Origin: Patescibacteria group bacterium
GTDB taxonomy: Bacteria; Patescibacteriota; JACMRA01
Assembly (NCBI GenBank): GCA_038256935.1
Contig: JBBSJV010000001.1
Location: forward strand, 1-41,731
Reading direction: 5' to 3'
DNA length: 41,731 nt
Below the pieces are notes generated by a model. The model ran no database searches. It was not told the origin of the DNA and saw only the letters and a program-made list of their open reading frames with translations. Shown here in pieces: positions 8,503 to 15,159 of the stretch (the stretch's first letter is position 1; each line of letters starts with the position of its first letter). A program made the position numbers and the translations under genes.

Positions 8503-8541
8503 AAAACCTTTGAATACATTGAATGTACAGCTGCTACAAAT

Positions 8542-8562
8542 AAAAAAACCCGCGTTTGCGGG
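8542..8562 (-). terminator. Intrinsic terminator after tRNA-Arg(UCU)
   Basis: On the minus strand: CCCGC-AAAC-GCGGG followed by T7. Confidence 0.6.
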
Positions 8563-8580
8563 ATGGGTTAATTATTAAAA

Positions 8581-8657
8581 TGGTACAACCTACTGGATTC
8601 GAACCAGTGGCCCACAGCTTAGAAGGCTGTTGCTCTATCCAACTGAGCTAAGGTTGC
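8581..8657 (-). tRNA. tRNA-Arg (anticodon UCU), CCA encoded
   Basis: Hand fold: GCAACCT TA GCTC AGTTGGATA GAGC A ACAGC CTTCTAA GCTGT GGGCC ACTGG TTCGAAT CCAGT AGGTTGT A CCA. A20 is present. Confidence 0.9.
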
Positions 8658-8710
8658 ATGTATTTTTACTGTAAGAGATGCTTTAGTTATTGTAAAGGGG
8701 GGGGGTGAAG

Positions 8711-9081
8711 TTGGCGTTTAGCTAGTCTGGATCAAGTCCAGCCTGTTCTAGCTGGTACTTACGTACCTGCCTTTCTCTCAATCGCCGTGTGGCTCAAGTC
8801 GGGCCGCAATTCGGTTGGTTCATTCTGAACCTAGCACCCTAGCTCGCCGCATGGCATCGCCGTGTGGCTTTGGGATCGGAGCAAGTCCGATCTGTTCATG
8901 CTTAGCTTAGTACTTCTCTCAGTCGCCGTGAGGCTTGGGGCAAAATAAATTTGCCTGAGTTCTAGCTAATGCTTACGCATTTGCCTTTCTCTCAGTCGCC
9001 GTGAGGCTTGGGGCAAAATAAATTTGCCTGAGTTCTAGCTAATGCTTACGCATTTGCCTTTCTCTCAGTCGCCGTGAGGCT
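8711..9081 (-). repeat. Tandem array of five structured units (two identical 73-mers plus three diverged) filling the spacer between two tRNA-Arg genes; candidate ncRNA or processing modules
   Basis: Units on plus-strand coordinates: 8711-8795, 8796-8869, 8870-8935, 8936-9008, 9009-9081. All share TCGCCGTG(T/A)GGCT. Hairpin stems differ between units but stay paired. Confidence 0.8.
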
Positions 9082-9159
9082 TGGTGCAATCGGCAGGGAT
9101 CGAACCTGCGACCTTCTGGACCGCAACCAGATGCTCTAAATCCACTGAGCTACGACTGC
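9082..9159 (-). tRNA. tRNA-Arg (anticodon GCG), CCA encoded
   Basis: Hand fold: GCAGTCG TA GCTC AGTGGATTTA GAGC A TCTGG TTGCGGT CCAGA AGGTC GCAGG TTCGATC CCTGC CGATTGC A CCA. Confidence 0.85.
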
Positions 9160-9250
9160 ATCTTTATTAATCAAGCTATAAATTGAGGTTTTGTCAATAG
9201 CTCCATCCTTTAAGCTTGCCAAATTTGCTGTAAGTTTGTATAAACTGAAT

Positions 9251-9469
9251 ATGCCTGCAGATAATGATAAAACAAATACGCTGAGTCTTGAGCAGAAACT
9301 TCAACGTTTACAAGAGATTCAAATTATGCTAGAGGAGAAGAAGGTAACGTTGTCTGAAAGTATGCCCTTATTAAAAGAGGCATTTGAGCTAAAAAAAGCA
9401 ATAGAGCAGGAGTTAAGTGAGATGGAAAATCAATTAATCCAGCTTTCAAAATCTTCTACTACGGAATAA
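9251..9469 (+). CDS. xseB: Exodeoxyribonuclease VII small subunit XseB (ATG at 9251 preferred over the TTG at 9191)
   Basis: LSLEQKLQRLQEIQIMLEEKKVTLSESMPLLKEAFELKKAIEQEL matches the XseB helical hairpin consensus. Confidence 0.7.
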   Translation: MPADNDKTNTLSLEQKLQRLQEIQIMLEEKKVTLSESMPLLKEAFELKKAIEQELSEMENQLIQLSKSSTTE

Positions 9470-9470
9470 T

Positions 9471-9932
9471 ATGTTCTCGCCAGATCAAATAATACAGTTT
9501 AATCATGTGGTGGATATTATCCATTCGTACTTTCCATATATTGGGTTTTTGGCTTGTGTATTTATTTTTGAGAGTCATTTACCAGCTCAAAAAGTTATCA
9601 AAGACAGAAATAACCCTATTGAAAAAAGAATTTTTAAAATTAAGTTTTGGGCAATTGTGCTATTTGCCTCCACTTGGTTTTCCCAAGCTATTTTAGGGGG
9701 GTGTCTCGTTCATATCCCTCAAAATGCTTTAAATCAATTGTATTTTGGCCGGCCACTTCATGATTTTGGTTTGTTCTATCGAGAAAGCCTTCCACCAGGG
9801 TATCTGCCTTTTTTGAGGACCTTCTATTTATTTTTATTTGTATATGTAACTTGGAGATCAGTTGTGTTTTATCGTAAATACATTAGTAATCCTAGCTCCA
9901 GTGATGACATCTATTCATCTTTAAAAGCCTAA
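9471..9932 (+). CDS. Small multi-pass membrane protein with a GGCLVHIPQ motif (DUF2784-like?)
   Basis: Three to four hydrophobic helices. Shares a G-C-x-L-[IV] motif with 21040..21420 and 30114..30662. Confidence 0.55.
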   Translation: MFSPDQIIQFNHVVDIIHSYFPYIGFLACVFIFESHLPAQKVIKDRNNPIEKRIFKIKFWAIVLFASTWFSQAILGGCLVHIPQNALNQLYFGRPLHDFGLFYRESLPPGYLPFLRTFYLFLFVYVTWRSVVFYRKYISNPSSSDDIYSSLKA

Positions 9933-9938
9933 AAATTT

Positions 9939-10283
9939 ATGAATATCAATTTTAGCAGTTGGAGAGTGATTTTAACAAGCTTTATAATTGTTGTGATTAG
10001 TTGCTATGTGTTCTACAGCTACGCTAGCACCGAAATAATGACACTTGCCCATCTTAAAAAATTTGATATTCCCAGTATTTGTTTATCCAAAGAAAAGCCA
10101 GATTTTAAATATGCCAAGGTGGTTAAATATGAAAACTATAGAGGTACAGCTGAAATCTACTGTGTGTATCAAAATTCTCAAGGCAATCAAGTGGTTAGCT
10201 TAGATTATTTGAGGCAATGGAGAATAGTACAGCGAAAAAGCCTATCAGCTAGGTTTTCTTGGTATTTTCCAGTTTATTTTTAA
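9939..10283 (+). CDS. Membrane-anchored hypothetical protein
   Basis: N-terminal TM segment VILTSFIIVVISCYVFYSY followed by a roughly 80-aa soluble domain. Confidence 0.5.
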   Translation: MNINFSSWRVILTSFIIVVISCYVFYSYASTEIMTLAHLKKFDIPSICLSKEKPDFKYAKVVKYENYRGTAEIYCVYQNSQGNQVVSLDYLRQWRIVQRKSLSARFSWYFPVYF

Positions 10284-10522
10284 AACCCGAAATTAGTAGT
10301 GCGATTACCAGATTGTAGGGTTTGGATGAATCTGTTGTAATTGATACTTGTAAGACCCACAAAAAATAGCATCAAAATCACAATAGGGATCACAATTATA
10401 TAAACGTTGCTGGGTTTGTAGCTTTTAGCTAACAGATTATAAATTGCTATAATTACTGCAATGAAGAGGAAAAACGAAGCAAAAAGTAGTAGGAAAACAA
10501 ATACTGATGAGATTAGTTCCAT
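10280..10522 (-). CDS. Small two-TM membrane protein (start moved to M21, the ATG at 10522)
   Basis: Two hydrophobic helices. The first 20 codons of ORF 10280..10582 overlap the tRNA-Val terminator hairpin. Confidence 0.4.
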   Translation of the reverse strand: MELISSVFVFLLLFASFFLFIAVIIAIYNLLAKSYKPSNVYIIVIPIVILMLFFVGLTSINYNRFIQTLQSGNRTTNFGF

Positions 10523-10568
10523 AGGACAAATTAAATTAAAATTTGAAAATTTGTTGTGGGTACTTATG

Positions 10569-10590
10569 AAAAAAGGAACCAATTGGTTCC
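10569..10590 (-). terminator. Intrinsic terminator after tRNA-Val
   Basis: Perfect palindrome GGAACCAATTGGTTCC (10575-10590), followed on the minus strand by T6. Confidence 0.65.
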
Positions 10591-10625
10591 GCTACAAAAA
10601 TGAAATTTAGTTATTTTTTGTTTTA

Positions 10626-10700
10626 TGGTGGGTGATGAGAGATTTGAACTCCCGACCTTCTCGGTGTAAACGAGCTGCGCTACCACTGCGCCAATCACCC
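10626..10700 (-). tRNA. tRNA-Val (anticodon UAC), CCA encoded
   Basis: Hand fold: GGGTGAT TG GCGC AGTGGTA GCGC A GCTCG TTTACAC CGAGA AGGTC GGGAG TTCAAAT CTCTC ATCACCC A CCA. Confidence 0.88.
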
Positions 10701-10750
10701 ATAACAGTAATTAAAGGGCAAGATATGGATTATTGTCAAGTCAAAATTCC

Positions 10751-11962
10751 TTAATTTTTAACATCTGCTAATAAAATAACCTCATCTTTCAATTCTGATA
10801 TAGAAGCATTGAGTAAGTCAAAATCTGATGTTTTTATTTCCTGCATAAAGTTCTCTAAAGTATAGCTAGAATAGTTGTAGACGGTTATTTCATCACCTGA
10901 AAACAGGTTTACAGTATAATCATTACCTTCAATATGAAATTCTAAATCAATATCTTTGATCATTTTAGCACTTATTATCCATGAATCAATCTCTTGATTA
11001 AGCCCCCTTACAAGTTCATAATCTTCTTTTTCAAAGCCAATTTCATCTAATAACCAGGTGGAATGCTCTATTATGTATTTATTTTGCATATGCTCATCCA
11101 TATCTGCATATTCATTTTTGTATTTTAGATAGGTATTTATCCACAAATAATCATCTTTATCAAAACTACCAGAAAAATTATTTAAGGTTTTCTGCTTATC
11201 CAATGAACTGCCAATAGTAGAACCTAAAAACAGCACTAAGTTGCAACTTTTTTCAGTTGAGGAAGACTTATTATAAAATAAAATATCTCTAATCATGTTC
11301 TCGTCGATATCAATTACATGATTATTTACGGGTACATTTATATTCCATTTTGAAAAGTTTTCTTCTAAGAGATCTAGTATGTCTTTACTTATATCAATAG
11401 CTGAATATGTAATGTTTTTATCATGCTTTTGAAATTTTTCAATGACTATTTTTGCTAAAAAACCGTTACCAGGACCAACATCTACAAGATTAATTTTATC
11501 ATACCCCTTTAAGCGCATAAGGAGATAATCAAAGCTAACATCCATGATTTCAAGGCCCCTCTCAAGCTCTGAATCTTCGAGACTTAATAAATAGTCACTA
11601 AATGAATTCCATAGCCCAGCACCTTTATCAAAATAGCAATATTTATGAGGGATAATTTTATGACTTCTTATTTTAGTCATGATTTCAATGATTTGAGAAA
11701 CAGTGAAGATTTTGTAGATGCGAGCCTTAACCACTATTTTTCTATACGACAATTTATTTTTAAATTTTTGGGCGTTTTGTTTTAACTTCTCTAATTCATT
11801 ATTATTTTGAAAATTATCAATAATATAATACTTTCCCTTACTTTCCTGTAGAACCAAGTTATTCTTTTTTTCTAGAGCAGCTTCTATCCACTTAGCAACA
11901 GTAGGGTGAGAGACGCCGAATTTTTTGGCAACCGTGTATGGTTTGAGAGGTTTTTGTGTCAT
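10751..11962 (-). CDS. Fusion protein: N-terminal HTH plus an EgtD-like (histidine-N-alpha-methyltransferase fold) SAM-dependent methyltransferase
   Basis: HTH: YTVAKKFGVSHPTVAKWIE. Methyltransferase: YFDKGAGLW, LVDVGPGNG, YSAIDISKD, and FLGSTIGS (compare EgtD FLGSTIGN). Confidence 0.65.
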   Translation of the reverse strand: MTQKPLKPYTVAKKFGVSHPTVAKWIEAALEKKNNLVLQESKGKYYIIDNFQNNNELEKLKQNAQKFKNKLSYRKIVVKARIYKIFTVSQIIEIMTKIRSHKIIPHKYCYFDKGAGLWNSFSDYLLSLEDSELERGLEIMDVSFDYLLMRLKGYDKINLVDVGPGNGFLAKIVIEKFQKHDKNITYSAIDISKDILDLLEENFSKWNINVPVNNHVIDIDENMIRDILFYNKSSSTEKSCNLVLFLGSTIGSSLDKQKTLNNFSGSFDKDDYLWINTYLKYKNEYADMDEHMQNKYIIEHSTWLLDEIGFEKEDYELVRGLNQEIDSWIISAKMIKDIDLEFHIEGNDYTVNLFSGDEITVYNYSSYTLENFMQEIKTSDFDLLNASISELKDEVILLADVKN

Positions 11963-11986
11963 TTTAATTATGTTTAATGGTTATTC

Positions 11987-12025
11987 TTGACATGGTTACA
12001 AAACTATTGTAAACATATTTGTCAA
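11987..12025. promoter_or_regulatory. Imperfect nested palindrome in a divergent promoter region; candidate operator
   Basis: TTGACA(11987-11992)/TGTCAA(12020-12025) enclose TTACAA(11996-12001)/TTGTAA(12007-12012). The spacers are asymmetric (3 nt and 7 nt). Confidence 0.3.
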
Positions 12026-12066
12026 TAATTCTACAACAATTTTAATCTAGATTTATTACCTATTGT

Positions 12067-12324
12067 ATGACAGTTTCTAGAGACAAACAAATGAGTAAGA
12101 AACAAAGTAAAAAATCAAAGCAATGGTTAAAAAAATTTGTTTTAGAAAAACTCAAAGAAATTGAATTAGCATGCTGTTTAGCTGGTGAACCGCTATCATC
12201 TAGAGATGTAGAAGAAATTTTGGTTACACTCCAAAATGAGGAGTATACTAATAAACCATCATTTTTTCAAATTAGTCAATCAGATCATTCAAAAGTTAAT
12301 ACTTTGGCTAAATCAAAGCAATAA
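12067..12324 (+). CDS. Small lysine-rich hypothetical protein
   Basis: 85-aa ORF transcribed divergently from the HTH-methyltransferase gene. The N-terminus is basic. No recognised family. Confidence 0.4.
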   Translation: MTVSRDKQMSKKQSKKSKQWLKKFVLEKLKEIELACCLAGEPLSSRDVEEILVTLQNEEYTNKPSFFQISQSDHSKVNTLAKSKQ

Positions 12325-12394
12325 TAGAACGGAATCTATACTTCAAAAATAAAAATAAGATGAATGGTTACAGTCGGATTGAATACATTATCAG

Positions 12395-13222
12395 CTATAA
12401 GCTAAGATTTCCTATCAAACATTCATTCAAATAATATAAAGTAGTTTCAAGGACTTGCTGTGGAGTCAATTCAGTAGTATCTAGTCTTGCTGAGTCATTT
12501 GATATAATCCCTATTTGCATTTGCTCCATCCAAACAAGGTCTGCTTCGTCTCTTCTGATGTATCCTGATTCAAATTCTTGTCTTACCCTAGCGTCATGTT
12601 CAGCATCTAGAGTTGATAATTTATGTTTTAGTTTATAATCTTGCTGGTATCTAATATAATTTTGTGAGTGAGAAACTTCTAGTAACAATCTAAATATTTT
12701 ATATCCATCACCCGACAGCTTTTTGACGTGGTTTGGATTAGACCCTCTTCCATCCAAGACTACAGGGTAAGGACAGGTGGAGATAATCTCATAAACTTTA
12801 TCGAAAAAAGCAAACTGCTCAAAATCTTTTTGTGCATAAAAGGCAACACGTGAGCTAATACGAGGGTTTCGCAAAGTTTCCATAGAAAGTATCCTACCAT
12901 CATACTTGATAGTAAGCCCTGTTAGATCTAAACTAATTTCTAGTTGGTTAAAGACTTCTGAGATATTGCCGGTGTTACATTCCAATTGCTGGTCTTCATA
13001 TGCATATGTAAGCGCTCTATGAATTAACCCAGAATCTAAACTTGGTATAGCAAGAGTAGATGCTAGATTGCGATTGAGTGTACCTTTGCCAGCTCCTGCC
13101 AATCCATAAATATTTATTAATAGATCACTAGTAAGAGTTTCTTTCAACTGCTGAATTGAATCCATGGAAAATGGCTGTGGCTGTAGTTTGAAGCCTATAT
13201 TGTCTGGATAAGGAGAATGCAT
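12395..13222 (-). CDS. cmk: Cytidylate kinase with an N-terminal extension
   Basis: GLAGAGKGTLNRNLA...LDSGLIHRAL (compare GPSGAGKGTL..LDSGAIYRVL), VLDGRG, and RLDTTELTPQQVLE. Confidence 0.8.
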   Translation of the reverse strand: MHSPYPDNIGFKLQPQPFSMDSIQQLKETLTSDLLINIYGLAGAGKGTLNRNLASTLAIPSLDSGLIHRALTYAYEDQQLECNTGNISEVFNQLEISLDLTGLTIKYDGRILSMETLRNPRISSRVAFYAQKDFEQFAFFDKVYEIISTCPYPVVLDGRGSNPNHVKKLSGDGYKIFRLLLEVSHSQNYIRYQQDYKLKHKLSTLDAEHDARVRQEFESGYIRRDEADLVWMEQMQIGIISNDSARLDTTELTPQQVLETTLYYLNECLIGNLSL

Positions 13223-13225
13223 AAT

Positions 13226-13786
13226 CTAGAGTGTAGGTGTAGTTGTTGTGGCATTGGCATCCCATTGGACTGGCTCCACTACTCTAATAGAATTTACTCT
13301 AAATGTCCCATCGTTATTGTCTACAAAAGAGATTGCAATTCTATAAGAATTACCTACTTCTAAATTAGTCTGAGAAAGATTTAGGTTGGTTTTTCTTCCA
13401 GATCTAAAGTAAGTACTATCGTCATAAGCTGAAGCCTTGATATCAAAGGTATATGATGTAAGGCCGTTTGTTCCTGCACTTCTTGAATCTACAGTTGCGA
13501 TGATTTCACCTGTATTTGCTGTAGGGTTAGTTGACTCTAAACTAGAAGATGAGACTGATGAATCAGTAATTTCTTCTTCTTCGATGATTTCTTCCTCAAT
13601 TATCTCTTCCTCTTCAGAACTACTAGAAGATGAAAATGAAGATGATGAACTTGAGCTACTAGACTGATTACTAGTAGCTTGGCGGCTGCGAGTCATGCTT
13701 TGGTTTAAAACAAACACCCCCCCCAGAATTAATAACATGGTGATGATGGCTACGATGATGCTGGCACGGTTGGAACGTTGTTCCAT
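13226..13786 (-). CDS. Membrane-anchored Ser/Glu-rich surface protein
   Basis: N-terminal TM segment, then a poly-Ser and (EEEII)n low-complexity linker, then a roughly 90-aa C-terminal domain. The coding strand contains a G8 tract. Confidence 0.6.
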   Translation of the reverse strand: MEQRSNRASIIVAIITMLLILGGVFVLNQSMTRSRQATSNQSSSSSSSSSFSSSSSSEEEEIIEEEIIEEEEITDSSVSSSSLESTNPTANTGEIIATVDSRSAGTNGLTSYTFDIKASAYDDSTYFRSGRKTNLNLSQTNLEVGNSYRIAISFVDNNDGTFRVNSIRVVEPVQWDANATTTTPTL

Positions 13787-13909
13787 ATAAATATAATATT
13801 AAATTTTAAAATTTTTATAAAAGGTATTTTAAGATATAAATAATCTTTCACTAGACGTCAAGCAAGAATTAATCTTTGCTTTAAACACGATTGAATAAAC
13901 ATTTATTAG

Positions 13910-14848
13910 ATGTCACTGCAAAAAATAAATCTAAATCTAAACGATAAAGCTATTTTGGAGCAACTTAGTCAAAGACAGATTTATCTCAAATCACCTGCTG
14001 GGAAAAATGCTAAGGTCATCAAATCTCAGCTTGAGCTGGGTAAACAAAATTCCTTGATTTACCTACAAAGAAGTAGCCTGCAGACTCGCCTTTCTATGTT
14101 GGAGGAGAATAATCTCTATAAAACTGTCCAAGATTTAGGGCAAAAATTGTCTATCCAAAAAGTTCCAAGAAGAATTGAGTGTTATGATATTTCCCATTTA
14201 TCAGGTAAATTTGTGTACGGTTCCATGATTGTATTTATGGATGGTAAGCCCAATAAAAAGCTGTACAAATTATTTAAAACCAAAGAACAAAATAACGATT
14301 TTGCCAACCACAAAGAAGTTTTATCGAGAAGATTAAATAGGGCTTTGGAGCAAATTCAAACTGGAGTAGATAAGGGTTGGGGATTGCCTGATTTGATCAT
14401 AGTTGATGGCGGTAAAGGTCAATTATCCTCTGATATTGAAGTGCTTAAAGAGCATTACCAGATTTTTAAAGACAATAACCTTGCTTTTCCAGTAGAAATT
14501 TGCGCCCTTGCCAAAGAAGAAGAGTTGATTTTTGTGCCCAATAACCCTGACCCGATCAGATTAAATGGTGATACCTTAGCGTTAGTGCAAAGAATCAGAG
14601 ATGAAGCTCATCGTTTTGCCATCACAAACAATCGAAAGGCTAGACTTAGAACCATCGAAAAAAGTGCTCTTGATGATATAAAAGGTGTGGGCTCAAAAAC
14701 TAAGATTAAACTTCTTACTATTTTTGGCTCTGTTGCAAATCTTGCTGATAGTTTAGTCAATAATCCAGAGCTAGTGTATGAAGCTGTAGGCAAAAGTGTA
14801 ACACAAAAACTAAAAGATCACTTTGCTGTTAAAACTGAGAAGGGTTAG
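13910..14848 (+). CDS. uvrC: UvrC C-terminal half only (RNase H-like 5'-incision domain plus (HhH)2); no GIY-YIG or UVR domains
   Basis: RRIECYDISHLSG, PDLIIVDGGKGQL, IRDEAHRFAITNNRKAR and LDDIKGVGSKTKIKLL. The 312-aa product corresponds to roughly residues 340-610 of E. coli UvrC. Confidence 0.8.
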   Translation: MSLQKINLNLNDKAILEQLSQRQIYLKSPAGKNAKVIKSQLELGKQNSLIYLQRSSLQTRLSMLEENNLYKTVQDLGQKLSIQKVPRRIECYDISHLSGKFVYGSMIVFMDGKPNKKLYKLFKTKEQNNDFANHKEVLSRRLNRALEQIQTGVDKGWGLPDLIIVDGGKGQLSSDIEVLKEHYQIFKDNNLAFPVEICALAKEEELIFVPNNPDPIRLNGDTLALVQRIRDEAHRFAITNNRKARLRTIEKSALDDIKGVGSKTKIKLLTIFGSVANLADSLVNNPELVYEAVGKSVTQKLKDHFAVKTEKG

Positions 14849-15066
14849 TTTTTAATCAACCACTTGTGCTGGCCAAGATCGATCATAATCTTCTCTCGAT
14901 GCCTGTTAAAGAGTAAATACAAAAGTAACGATAAAGGTACGCTGATTAGAAAAAGAATGTAGATTTCTCCGCTGGTTTTATAAAAATACCTTTGATCATA
15001 AGCACGAATGTACTTGTCATAAAAGTTTTGTAGGTATTCCAAAAAGCTAAGCCAGAATTGGTCCAT
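14845..15066 (-). CDS. Small single-TM hypothetical protein
   Basis: 73-aa ORF with the hydrophobic segment IYILFLISVPLSLLLYLLF. Its 3' end overlaps the uvrC-like gene by 4 nt. Confidence 0.35.
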   Translation of the reverse strand: MDQFWLSFLEYLQNFYDKYIRAYDQRYFYKTSGEIYILFLISVPLSLLLYLLFNRHREKIMIDLGQHKWLIKN

Positions 15067-15159
15067 GAGTATAGTTTATCATGGTTTTTGAGTATAGTCT
15101 AGTTTTTTTGACAGAATAAATAAGAAGCTCTTCAATGTAAAAGAAATAAATATTATCTT

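Noticed and set aside
8711-9081. The tandem repeats might be a CRISPR array.
   Set aside because: The units are 66-85 bp and directly abut one another with no unique spacers. Their hairpins covary rather than being identical repeats. No cas genes are present in the window.
9505-9696. 63-aa plus-strand ORF in an alternative frame.
   Set aside because: It is nested inside the longer membrane-protein ORF 9471..9932.
13437-13667. 76-aa plus-strand ORF.
   Set aside because: It is antisense to the low-complexity Ser/Glu region of 13226..13786, which is a mirror artefact of repetitive codons.
14608-14793. 61-aa minus-strand ORF.
   Set aside because: It is antisense to the (HhH)2 region of the UvrC-like gene.
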